The notes beneath the pieces are model-generated. The model saw only the letters and a list, made by a program, of their open reading frames with translations, was not told the DNA's origin and made no database searches. Below are positions 1 to 13,710 of a stretch of DNA of 64,000 nucleotides, piece by piece. The position numbers and the translations under genes are program-made. Position 1 is the first letter of the stretch, and each line of letters opens with the position of its first letter. The stretch is from the human T2T-CHM13v2.0 reference genome, Homo sapiens. The stretch lies in the NCBI RefSeq assembly GCF_009914755.1, contig NC_060942.1, one strand, 5' to 3'.

Positions 1-451
1 GTTTTGATCTATGGCGTTACCGCACAACCCTGTCAGGTCACATCACTAAACTGCAGATAACAGCGACAAGGCCGAAAACTATGTTAGACGGATCCGCGTC
101 CATACCCCCCATCAGTTAATTTTAACTCTTCATTCGGTACAGGTCACTCTACACATGCTTCCCTGCAAAATGCTTAAGCTAGACACAGTGTACAGATAAC
201 TTTCACAGAACCGCAAGGGCTTGATGCTCCCCCAACAGAACGGCTTGAGCTTTCCCCAGCGCAATTCAGAAATGCTGTGGCGGTCGCCAGACTCTTCGGG
301 TAGCTCCCGGCAGCTCCGAGGTAGCGCTCCCCTCCCCAACCATCGCCCTCCGGGATGGGCCGCACCGAAGAGCCCGCTCCTCAGCTAGGGCACGAAGTGC
401 GCCGCCGCGATGGGCAGCTGGAGGAAGGGGCGTGACGCAAGTGGAACTCCC

Positions 452-688
452 GCGTGACGTCGCGCGGGCTCCCGGGCGGGGCGGGTCCGGCCGCCTCCGA
501 GCCCGGCCGGCAGCCCCCGGCCTTAAAGCGCGGGCTGTCCGGAGGGGTCGGCTTTCCCACCGAGGATTTGGCACTCTGGTGAGGGAAAAGGGCGAAAGAG
601 AAAAGCGAGCAGCCGTCCTTTCACAGCCTCAGAAAGTGCTCGCTTCCCTTCGGGGGCTTTCGCGAATCCCGAGGCAATCTCGGAGGCG
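452..688 (+). other. RBBP8: RBBP8 non-coding first exon 1a (5' end approximate)
   Basis: Consensus donor GCG|gtgagt at 688/689 inside the CpG island; no ATG in 452-688. The TSS cannot be read from sequence. Confidence 0.75.
473..562 (+). ncRNA. MIR4741: miR-4741 precursor hairpin (mature about 531-553, CGGGCUGUCCGGAGGGGUCGGCU)
   Basis: Matches my recollection of hsa-mir-4741, annotated at the RBBP8 5' end; GC-rich arms (cagccc/gggctg, cctccg/cggagg) can pair. Confidence 0.75.
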
Positions 689-897
689 GTGAGTAAAAGC
701 AATCTCTTTACCCCACCCGGAGCTCTGGGTCGGAGCGACTGCTTCTGGTCTGGAGCTGCGTGCTTGGCGAAGGGCTCCCGGGGTAGGGGTGGCTCCCGGC
801 TCTGGGGTTGTGTCTGATGAAATAGGCCGGGCCCGGGCTACACTCGGTGGTGGTGGACCGGCGGGAGGACGAGCGCTACCTCAGTACTACTTCTGGG

Positions 898-954
898 TCT
901 CCCGCGCGGGCTGAGGAAGCGCCTTTCGCCGCCAAGCCCGCCCCGCGCATGCGC
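898..954. promoter_or_regulatory. E2F-like sites plus NRF1 site upstream of exon 1b
   Basis: TCTCCCGC 898-905, TTCGCCGC 925-932, perfect GCGCATGCGC 945-954; CtIP is an established G1/S E2F-regulated gene. Confidence 0.6.
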
Positions 955-999
955 CGACTGCGGCTCGCGCGCGCGCTTGGGAGGTTTTTTGGCCAGACC

Positions 1000-1202
1000 C
1001 GCACGCGGAACCGGCGCGGGCACCTGGGGAGAAATGGATGGAGAAGGGACCTGGCTGGAAAGCCTTTGCCCCGCTGCTCTGCTCCGCCCATAAGAGGACC
1101 CCTGAAATGTCCCGTGCAGTTTGTTCAAGTCCCCTGTGTGATGAAATGTGCCTCTCGCCTTACCCGTGTGAGAATACCTGTGGTGTGGCAGCGAGTATTT
1201 TG
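1000..1202 (+). other. RBBP8: RBBP8 alternative non-coding first exon 1b (5' end approximate)
   Basis: Donor TTG|gtgagc at 1202/1203, downstream of the E2F/NRF1 cluster; a further strong donor GAG|gtaaga at 1283/1284. Confidence 0.65.
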
Positions 1203-1638
1203 GTGAGCACCTGCAGTGTAGTGGTTTATACTAAGGAATACACACAAATTACAGGCCTTTGAGCCCAGAATGCAACTTGGGAGGTAAGACGTGACGTTCT
1301 GAGAGATTGAAAAATGTACATTGTCGTCGTGCCTCGAATAACGGTTCATTGCAGAGAGAGATGCTAACAAAAAGTGCCGGGCATGCGGGTAGGTGGAAAG
1401 GGTTTTGCGAGCCAGAATTTGCAAGTTGAATGTTTTGTTTTTATGTTTTGTTTTTAAAGCACTGTACATCACTTACTTGAAGATAGATACGTAAAGGATG
1501 CTTATTTTACACTCTTTAAACGAATATGTTAATACTTTTTCGGTCATTGAAGTAATTAAACCTTCATTTTAAACTGTTGACTTAATAGAAATCGTTTATG
1601 TCTTCTTTTTTTTTCTTTTTGCTGCAGAGAGGTATTTT

Positions 1639-1887
1639 TTCTTTATTTTATTATTATTTTTTATACTTTAAGTTCTAGGGTACATATGCACGACGTGCAG
1701 GTTTGTTACATATGCATACATGTGCCATGTTGGTGTGCTGCACCCATTAACTCGTCATTTACTTTAGGTATATCTCCTAATCCTATCCCTCCCCCCACCC
1801 CACGGCAGGCCCCGGTGTGTGACGTTCCCCTTCCTGTGTCCAGGTGTTCTCATTGTTCAGTTCCCACCTATGATTGAGAACATGCGG
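1639..1887 (-). mobile_element. 5'-truncated L1PA 3' end with 18-nt TSD
   Basis: Antisense L1PA 3'UTR (ttatactttaagttctagggtacat...gagaacatgcgg); TSD gctgcagagaggtatttt (1621-1638) / gctacagagaggtatttt (1888-1905). Confidence 0.9.
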
Positions 1888-1939
1888 GCTACAGAGAGGT
1901 ATTTTACAGTTATTGGTCTCATGACTTGATTTCCATCCC

Positions 1940-2055
1940 TGACATAGCCATGTCCCAGCTGTGTGACCTTGGACATTTACTGCCTTACGCCTCTTCCCCC
2001 AACTCTAAAATGAAATTATAGTAGCTGTCTTACAGAGTTTTTCTGAAGGTTAGGT
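1940..2055 (+). mobile_element. MIR fragment
   Basis: agctgtgtgaccttggaca...ctctaaaatgaaattatagtag core similarity. Confidence 0.55.
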
Positions 2056-3232
2056 AGAATATAAATATTCTATAATATATAATTATATATTAAATAATAT
2101 ATAAATACAAATATTAATATTAATATTCTACAGTTTCTGGTATGTGGGAAACAAATGGTGACTTTTATTCACAATTATATATAGGCCCATTTGTTTATCT
2201 GTTAGAGTTAAAGATAGAATAAAAACCTCTTTGGTAACAAAACTAATGCAGTGCACCTAATTCTACTTTTAAAAACTTTTTTACAGAAATAAATGTACAC
2301 AAGAGAAATACTGGAATTATGAACCCCATTGTATACGCACCCACCCAGCTTCAGAAATTGTTGAAGTTCAGCCCTTGTTTCATCTCTTCACCCAACATCC
2401 ATTTTTGTTTGTTTTTGCTGGATTTTTTTTTTTTCAAGCAAATCGCAGAGTATATCCCTTTACCTGTAAATATCTCGGTAAATATCCCTTTAACAGATAA
2501 GGCCTTTCTAAAAAAAAAACAAACAAAACCGCATCATTATCATACCCAAGAAAATTAATAATTTCCTAATATCTAAAATCCAGCTCATATTTAGTTTCTG
2601 GATTATTTTTTAAAAGTCTAATCACAATTTTTGCAAAGCTTGATAGTTTATTTTTGTAGCTCTTGACGGTTCACCAAGTGGCTTCACATATACTCCTGCT
2701 CCCTTCAGAATTACTCTTTCAGCCCCTTTGTCAGAGACCTCAGGAAATGGTTAGCAGGAAACAATCAGTTTGCTTTGGCTAAGGAGCCAGATGTGAGGTT
2801 TAGTAGACTTGCTGATCACTATTACTTTTTAAGTTGTAGCTAATTAATGGTTTCATTTTAAGAACACATATTAAAATATTTACTAATCCATTCAAACTTC
2901 TTAACCTGTTGGTTTCTTCAAGGACTATGTAATAAACTTAATGATTCACCTTTATTCTAAGAGAGGCATGAAGTAACATTACCCTAATTGTCTTATGACT
3001 CTAAGATGTTTCTGTATTCATAGATCTTTGCTGTGTTTAAATCTTACTGACTTCTCTTGTTTTTGGAAAGTTATACAGATCCTCATCTGTGTTAATACAT
3101 CAGTCAACTGTCTCTTTTATAAAATATATATAGATATGTGTATATATGTGGATGCTTGTTAAGTCAAGACTAAGAATATTTTTCAGTTTTGGGCTCAGTA
3201 TGTTTCACCAATTCAAAAGTTAAAAAAAACAA

Positions 3233-3525
3233 TTTTTTTTTTTAATTGAGACAGGGTCTCTGTCGCTCAGGCTGGAATGCAGTGGCACGATCTCCGCTCA
3301 CTGCAAATTCCGCCTCCCAGTTTCAGGCAATTCTCCTGCCTCAACCTCCTGAGTAGCTGGGGCCACAGGCACGCACTACCACACCTGGCAAATTTTTGTA
3401 TTTTTAGTAAAGATGGGGTTTCACCATGGTGGCCAGGCTGATCTCAAACTCCTGGCCTCAAGTGATCTGCCCACCTCAGCCTCCCAAAGAGCTAGGATTA
3501 CAGGCAAGAGCCATCTCCCCCAGCC
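3233..3525 (-). mobile_element. Alu (S-like)
   Basis: Antisense Alu dimer with poly-T head. Confidence 0.92.
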
Positions 3526-3877
3526 AAAACAATAAATTAGTTTATAGTGGTAAATTAATACTGACCATGAATGATAAAAACCCCTCAATATCTGAATCCT
3601 TTCTGTTTAATATAATTGAGATAATTTCTTCCTCTAAGAGAAATAAGAAAATTTGCCTGAAAATTTACCTCATATAGCCAAATAACTGAAATCAGAACTT
3701 TTCTCACCATTATCATCTTTCCTTATTCTTTCCTTCCCCTCCCAAATTCTAAAAATGATTGATTATAGGTAAATAAGGAAATGGTAAATGAGGATATCTG
3801 GGCTTGTGTTTCATCCTGATTTCAAAGTACATAAAGATAAATGCAAAGTTCATTTATGTTGCAATCTGTCATTTCAG

Positions 3878-4098
<221 letters not shown>

Positions 4099-4165
4099 TA
4101 AATACTTACAGCAGTATTTTGTTGAGACTGTAGTGGCTTTGTATACCTTTGTATGACAGTCCTGT

Positions 4166-4567
4166 TTATTATTTCTATTTCAGCTTTTAGGTTCCGGGGG
4201 TACATGTGCAGATTTGGTACATGGATAGATTGCATGTTGCTGGGGTTTGGTGTGCAAATGATTTCATCACCCAGGTAGTGAGCATGGTACCCCATAGGTA
4301 GTTTTTCAATCCCCACCCTCTTCCCACCCCCCTGACCCTCCACCCTCATGTAGGTCCCAGTACCTGTTGTTCCCCTCTTTGTGTCCATGTGTACTAAATG
4401 TGTAGCTCCCACTTATAAATGAGAACATGCAGTATTTCTGTTGTCTGCTCAGGGTAATGGCTTCATCTGCATCCATGTTGCTGCAAAGAAAATAATTTTG
4501 TTCTTTTTTATGGCTTCATTGTATTCCATGATGTATATATACTTTTTTTTAATTCAGTCCACTGTTG
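4166..4567 (-). mobile_element. Older L1PA/L1PB 3' end fragment
   Basis: ggggtacatgtgcagatttg...cccacttataaatgagaacatgcagtattt, antisense L1 3'UTR. Confidence 0.85.
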
Positions 4568-4596
4568 AATTTTGTACATTTAATGGCCATCTTTAA

Positions 4597-5250
<654 letters not shown>

Positions 5251-5253
5251 GAT

Positions 5254-5607
5254 CTTTTTTTCTTTTTCTTTTTGAGACAGGGTCTTGCTTTGTCACCCAT
5301 GCTGGAGTGCAGTGGTGCAAACATGGCTCACTATAGTGTCAAACTCTCGGGCCCAAGTGATTGTCCCACCTCATCCTCCCAAGTAGTTGGGACTACAGGC
5401 GCACGCACCATGCCCAGCTAGTTTGTTTTTGTTTTTGTTTTTTTTAAACTTATCCTTCACCTTAGAACACCTAGCTAGTTTTTGTATTTTTTGTGGAGTC
5501 AGGGTTTCGCTATGTTGCCCAGGCTGGTCTCAAACTCCTGAGTTCAGGTGATCTCCCGCCTTGGCCTCCCAAACAGCTAGGATTACAGGCGTGAGCTGCG
5601 CCCAGCC
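5254..5607 (-). mobile_element. Alu (J-like) interrupted in its linker by a short insertion
   Basis: Antisense Alu dimer with extra sequence at 5425-5466. Confidence 0.88.
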
Positions 5608-6332
5608 AGATCTCATTTTTAGAGGACATTTACAATTGTAGTTTTTGTGATTCATTTTTATGGTCAAATTGGTGCTTTTTAACCACAGAACATAGTTTGT
5701 ATACAACTTGCTGTTATTTACTTGTGGTAATATGTATGAGATAGTGGAAAACGTATACAATTTGTTGACTGAAGACCTGCATTTGAATTCTGATTTCATT
5801 TACCCACTTGCTCTGTGATCTTAGCCTAATTACCTAACCTCTAAATTTAATTTTCTTCTATAAAATTCTTTGCAGGATATAGACATAAAAATACTACATA
5901 AAGTCATTTGACAAACCCGTAGCACTGAAATACAAAAGTGAATGGCCACTTACCTTCAGACAGCCTGCAGTCTTAGTAGAGTCGTGTAAACAGATAATTA
6001 CAGTACAGTGAAATAACAGTTAAAAGGTTTTTATGACGTGCAAGGAGTTTTAGAGGATTAAGCAATTGTGGTTGAGATGAGTAAATATTATTTTTGTTAA
6101 AAGATACACCATATGAAGCTAAGCTCAAGGTTTTAATATTAAATTTTAATATACTTTAATTCTGTAACTTTCCCTATGTCCCTATGTATGAGAAATGCTT
6201 CATATTACATTTGTTTCTTGATTACCTATTATAAGTTTAATATTGCAGTGCTTTATAGCTGTATCATTACACTGGAGTACTATTAAAACATAATCAACCT
6301 GAATCTAAAGTGTAGTATGTGAGTCTGTATTA

Positions 6333-6661
<329 letters not shown>

Positions 6662-7444
6662 GAACTTTCCCATGGTAAGTTTAGTTTCTTGCAAAACTTC
6701 TGGTGACACCCTTATTAATTAATGAGTTTTGAAATATGAACAACCCCAAAAGTATTCTTTCAAGCCCCAGTGTTCATGGAGACACAAAGAAATGTTCAAG
6801 AAATGTTTTTTGGGCACTTACTATGTGCCAGACCTTGTGAATAAGAATAAATCCTATATAGTGCTAGCTTTAAGGGAATTTCTAGTCTAGAATTTTAATG
6901 CAGTATACTATGTTATTATCTGAAAACATGAAGGAAGAACTGAGGGTGTGTGTGGTTGCATGGGGAAGTGGGTTTGTGCATGGTTTATGTCAGACCAGGC
7001 TTGATAATTAAGTCTAATTAGCCAGGCAAGGAAGATGGTGGAAGGGGAGGGAATTTTCTGAGTAGAGAGAATAGCACATGCAAAAGTTTGCAGATAAGAG
7101 CTTGATTTTATTCAAGGAACTCTGGATAGTTAGGTTTAGTTCTAAGAGGAAATGGAATGGGAGATTGGAGTTTTGGGGGAGGTGGATAGGATATGATGCT
7201 AGAAATGTACATAGATCCAAATTATGTAAAATGGTATGTGCTATGCTGAAGAGATTGTCATCTTGCCTTGACTTTAGGACAGATTTCTCTATTTCTGCAA
7301 AAAATGTTGGGATTTTGGGATTTGGGATTTTGATAGGTAATGCATTGAATCTGTAGATTGCTTTATATAGTATTGACATCTTAACAATATTGTTTTGTAG
7401 TCCATGAACACGGGATACCTTTCTATTAGTGTCTTCTATATTTC

Positions 7445-7741
7445 TTTTTTTTTTTTTTTTGAGACAGAGTCTTGCTCTGTAGCCCAGGCTGGAGTGCAGT
7501 GGCGCGATCTCGGCTCACTGCAAGCTCCACCTCCTGGATTCATGCCATTCTCCTGCCTCAGCCTCCTGACTAGCTGGGACTACAAGCACCCGCCACCACG
7601 CCCGGCTAATTTTTTGTATTTTTAGTAGAGACGGGGTTTCACTGTGTTAGCCAGGATGGTGTCGATCTCCCGACCTCGTGATCCGCCCGCCTCAGCCTCC
7701 CAAAGTGCTGGGATTACAGGCGTGAGCCACTGCGCCCGGTC
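7445..7741 (-). mobile_element. AluY
   Basis: AluY diagnostics (gcaagctcc, gttagccaggatgg); many CpGs retained. Confidence 0.93.
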
Positions 7742-7759
7742 TATATTTCTTTTTAAGAT

Positions 7760-8068
7760 TTTTTAATTTTTAATTACTAATTTTTAGAGATGAGGTCTTG
7801 CCTCATTGCCCAGGCTTGAGTGCAGTGGCACAATCATGGTTCGCCGTAGCCTCAAATTCCAGGGTGCAGGCAATCCTTCCGCTTCCACCTTCAGAGTAGC
7901 TAGGACTACAGGCATGCACCACCGAACCTGGCTAATTTATTTTTTTATAGAGACAGGGATCTCATTTTGTTGCCCAGGCTAGTATCAACTCCTGGGCTCA
8001 AGCAGTCCTCTGACCTCATTGGCCTCCAAAAGTGCTAGGATTACAGGTGTGAGCCACCACACCTGGTC
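7760..8068 (-). mobile_element. Alu (J-like)
   Basis: Diverged antisense Alu. Confidence 0.87.
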
Positions 8069-8248
8069 ATTCTATAATTTCTTTCAGCAACATTTTCTGA
8101 TTGTCATTGTACAAGTTTTTTGTCTCCTTGGTGAAATGTATTCTTAAGTATTTTATTCTTTTGATGCTACTGTAAATAGAATTGTTTTTTTAATTTGCTT
8201 TTCAGATTGTTCATTGTTAGTGTATAGAAATACAACTGGTTTTAGTGA

Positions 8249-8593
<345 letters not shown>

Positions 8594-10291
8594 ATTTATA
8601 AGCTATTAATTTAATAGAAATAAAATATTTGACAGATTTCTTCTTCCTATTCTTTGGTGTTACAGGATCTTCATGAAATCCCTATTTTACAGTGAGGAAG
8701 CATCAAGAAACAAATGGTATACTCTTTAATAGGAACAATATGCCATATTTATCAAATTATAGAATATATAAAGCTTGCAAATATTATGTAGTAGATAATT
8801 CCTTTAAAGTGTACTCCTCATGGTTATGTTCTAATCACATTCCCACAAAAGTTTCTATACTCTGAATAACTTTAAGGGAGGAATACAGTAATTGTTGGTG
8901 TATATGATAAGGTCCATGTGTTTTATGAATATTAGGTATTGGATATATGAGCTCATAAGAGAAGATAATCTTTGGTACGTTATATTGATCATGCCACTTT
9001 CCCAATTTCAAATAACTTATGGATTCTTAAAGGTATTAAATGAATAAGTACTATTTTTTAAGTAGATATGTCATTTTAAAACATTTTGGTTTGGGCCATG
9101 CCTTCGTCAATATGTTCCACATAGTTCCATATAAAATTAGAGTCTCTATATGATAACATCAAAGACATGCCTGAAGGGAACTTAATTTTTTTAAGGAGGT
9201 GGGGAATCCATTTGTAGAAACCAGTGTAAGAAGCTGTTTGAAAGACATCAAACATGGACTTGTCTGGACTTTGCAGGTTTTAAGGTATATATAGGAATCA
9301 AAATTGACTCATGACTTTTAAAGCTTCATGTCAGTAAAAAATAAAAGAGAAATGTTGGGAATGGTAATATTTGAGATATATAGTTTTTACTTAGCTACAG
9401 AAATGTACCCATAGGAACTTGCTTGAATCTGAATGCTCTGCTACACGTGTTTAGAATTATTTTTGCCTCTTTTGCCAAAACATAATAAAATGATAGCAAA
9501 ATATGACAGTATGTGCACTGATCACAACAATATAATAAACTGCATCCATGTCTTTTAAAACTAGGCAAGAATAGACAAAATGCTCTAATTTCTGTTGGAG
9601 ACTAGCAATATGCAAACCAGACCATTTTTGTTGAAAAATTCTGGAGACATTTATGACCGAGTTTTTATATCCTTTAAGATAATTTTATCCTTTCATGATT
9701 GTATCATTTCATGATATGTTCCTTTTGTGACAAATGCTGCTAGTATCAGTGTCACAGATTGTTACTGATGATATACAGTGTTTATGCTTTAAATTCCGAA
9801 CTCACAGAATTTAATGGATACTTCAGAATTCTTTAAATTTCAAAAGTCTTAAAGCATATTTATTTGGGTACAAAATTTTATTGCCTTTAAAAATCTTTTT
9901 CAGTATCAAGTTTATTATCAAAAGCACAAATAATAAAATAGAATTTAAAATATTTATTTTCAGAATACCACTATTTTAATAAATGATCTTTTGCCTATGC
10001 CAGCGTCTGCTATTAACATCTAGCTAATATATTTTCTGTGTCTAGTAAATATGGTAATCAGTTTCAAAGAAAACTAGGTAGGTTTTGTGAGGCAAAGTTG
10101 AAACACCTTGAAGAAATGGGAAAGTTTGGGGGCTCTAATAGGACAGGATAAATATTTCTTGATTCATTTTTTAATTGCTCCATTTATTTTCTATACATAG
10201 AATCAAAAATTCTAAAAAGAGAACATTATCTTAAGACTGCACAAATTAACAGTGAAAGGAATTGTCCCACTCATTATTAAGAATGCTGTCA

Positions 10292-10610
<319 letters not shown>

Positions 10611-12471
10611 TTATTTGCATTCACATCTGTAAATAATAAAATCCACAAAAATTAATTTACCCATTTTGAGATAATTCAATCTTAAGCAAAGTGAGCACAG
10701 CTTAAGTATGGCTTTGGAATTTAAATAATTTGTTAGGCAATTATAGAAATGCTAGCAGTAGTAGTTTTGGTTGAAGTTTAATTACTTCATTTGTATATAA
10801 AGCCCCCACTGTTTGTCAAGAAAGTGATGTTAGGGGTATTATTTATAATTCAGAACCATAAATAACTTGTTTAAAATGACAGTACATACATTTTATATAT
10901 ATATATGGTTTGGTCTGGGTAAAGAACTAAAATAAGAACATAGCAGTGATTTTTGTTAATGCATAAGGAATTCTTGCCTCATTTCTGAACTCTTAAATTT
11001 GCTTTGTGTATTACAATATACAGGCCCTTGATTGTTTCATTTCCTCCAAAATTTATGTATGAGTGTGTGTAAGGTTAATTGTAGCACAGTGCTTGGTCTT
11101 GTGAACACTGTTTCCTCAATAGGTATCTTAGGTTGCCAGTGTTACAATCCCAGATACTTTGTTCAACAGATTACCTGTTCATACAGGAGCTACATTGTTG
11201 TATAGCCTCATTCCTTCCGATGGGTGTGGAGCAGGATTAAAGCACACTTTATAGGGGTTCTAATTGTAGATTCCTAATTGACTTGGTGAATAGCAAATGC
11301 TAAAATTTAAACACACACACATATACACATATAAACCTGTTTCAGGGTGATCTACGTGACAGAACAAATGCCTCACAGGTGTTGAATGCTTACCAGATAA
11401 AAGAGTAGTTCTTCCCCTGTTTCCCAAGGATTTTCTTTTGAAGTTTATATGGATTTTCTGTCTCATTGTTTCTTTTCTTAAAATGGTTTGTGGCAAGAAT
11501 CCATTTCATCTTTGGCTGCACTTTTCACTTTTAAAGGCAGAACTGATTGTTAGAAGTCAGCCAAAATTAAAAACAAAAAAAAAATCTGTCAAGTAAAATT
11601 TCGCACATTTTTGAGAAGGGAAAACATGTGCATGGATGCACCACAGGTTTTGGTTTTTTAAACAACTCACTTATTGAAGGATGTTTGGGTTGTTTCTAAT
11701 GTTTGGCTAAGACTGCTGTGAACATTCAATACAGGTTTATCTGTAACATTTTTTTCACCATCTTATTTATAACATTTTATTTATTCAAATTATAGAGCAT
11801 AGAATCGAAGATAAAATGTGTCATATCAGTTGGACATTTTCTAAAGGTGAAATTTGAGACATAAGGAAAAAATGTAACATCCAAAAAATTCTCCAGGGCC
11901 TTTATTTTTCCACAGTATATGGATTTCCTGGCAATAAATCATTACTATGGAGGGCAATAAGAAGAGATGACTTCTTCTTTAGTGTCTATGTGACCATGGT
12001 TGGGAAATGTATAGGTTTGTTTTTAAAATTTGTATTTGTCTAAATTATGTTGTCCAAAAGATTGTATCAAGTTTAACAAATAAAGAAAAATTATGTTCTT
12101 AGGAATGATAAATATATTAATGTTTCTATACACATATATGAAAAACTTTTCTGATTTATAACTTGATAGAATCTGTGAACTACCAAAGGCATATAGTAAA
12201 TATTCTTGGGTTCTTCGGAAATCAGTCAACTAGTAATTATTTATTGGTAACTAACTGCCACCAAATAAAAATTCTTGAGTAGATCTATAATTGGGTAAAT
12301 TGTAGAATAGTAAAAGCACTGATTGAGAAATTAAAGAGTAAATATTGAGGGCTTTTTTCCCCTTTATGTTAATCACATTGCAGAAAATGGGGAGCATAGA
12401 GAAAATAGAGGGCACAGCAATATTCAACAGAAAAAATTTTCTAGTTTTTTACTATTTTAATATTTGATTAA

Positions 12472-12805
<334 letters not shown>

Positions 12806-13565
12806 GATTAAATAACATTTTTAAATCAATATTGGGTTTTATAATTTTTACAATTTTGCTAGTTGTTTTGGTTTGACTTATATTTAGTTGCTGATGATGT
12901 ATGTATTTTCATATTTGTTCAGTGACTTTTTTCTTTTGTTAATTACTGTTCATGAAAATTAGAAATGTCACCCTGTTTTGTCCATATCCTTCCTTGCAGT
13001 TTCAATGCCTGTCAGTCTGCTTTCTTCTCAGTAATTACCTGAGTCCATAGGCAGTGGTCTTCTCTTATGTTTTGTATCAGACTTAATTAAAATTAAAAAT
13101 TCATGTAATAGATATCTTGAGATAAAACATTCATGCCTTTTGTTAGGTACTTTTCCATAAGGAATTTTGCTACTAGTCCAGGACTTCCTACCACAGTCTA
13201 GTTTAATCCCAGAAGATTTGTGCCTACATAAACACCATTGCTGTTAGCAAATACACAGGCTATGTCAGAACATAGACCTTCATTTACAGTGAACTTCTAA
13301 TTATATGCTTGCCCTGCTATTAGAAAAGTAATAACTTACTTTAGATGGGGAAAATGTTATTCCATTTGACTGTCATATGATAGACTAAAAGCAATACATT
13401 GCAGATATGCTTTTGTGACTGCAGAGTACACGTAAGGGGCATATACTGTAAACTAATGAGACCTGGTTTATTATTTAGAGGCCAGACTGATGTGACTTAA
13501 TAGTGGAGCATTTGACTCATAAAGGAACTGTTGTAGAAGTAATACCTTTTCTTTTTACTTTTCAG

Positions 13566-13608
13566 GTTTACAAGTAAAAGTAACCAAGCTAAAACAGGAA
13601 CGAATCTT
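13566..13608 (+). CDS. RBBP8: RBBP8 coding exon 3 (LQVKVTKLKQERIL)
   Basis: Acceptor tttttacttttcag|, donor TT|gtaagt; 43 nt; frame continuous. Confidence 0.96.
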
Positions 13609-13642
13609 GTAAGTATCAGTATGTAATACTCATGTGTTATTT

Positions 13643-13710
13643 ATAGAGTAGTTGATACTGATGTCCAATTTGACATTCATAGAGTAGTTGATACTGATGT
13701 CCAATTTGAC
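13643..13710. repeat. Exact 32-bp direct repeat, period 36
   Basis: atagagtagttgatactgatgtccaatttgac at 13643-13674 and 13679-13710. Confidence 0.95.

Larger units (their letters stand above)
240..1420. promoter_or_regulatory. RBBP8: CpG-island promoter of RBBP8
   Basis: Very GC- and CpG-rich relative to the AT-rich remainder. Contains CRE/ATF-like TGACGCAA (433-440) and TGACGTCG (455-462), GC boxes GGGCGGGGCGGG (474-485), palindrome TTCGCGAA (659-666), E2F-like TCTCCCGC (898-905) and TTCGCCGC (925-932), and NRF1 palindrome GCGCATGCGC (945-954). Edges approximate. Confidence 0.9.

Noticed and set aside
632-683. cUUCGg tetraloop hairpin (646-655) and ccgag/ctcgg hairpin in exon 1a
   Set aside because: Stems are 3-5 bp in GC-rich sequence and cannot be distinguished from chance without covariation data.
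963-977. (CG)n alternation as Z-DNA
   Set aside because: Short, and common in CpG islands.
130-1472. Overlapping Arg/Gly/Pro-rich ORFs on both strands in the CpG island
   Set aside because: Expected from stop-codon scarcity in GC-rich DNA and no recognisable domain; only the ATG-initiated uORFs in exon 1b were kept.
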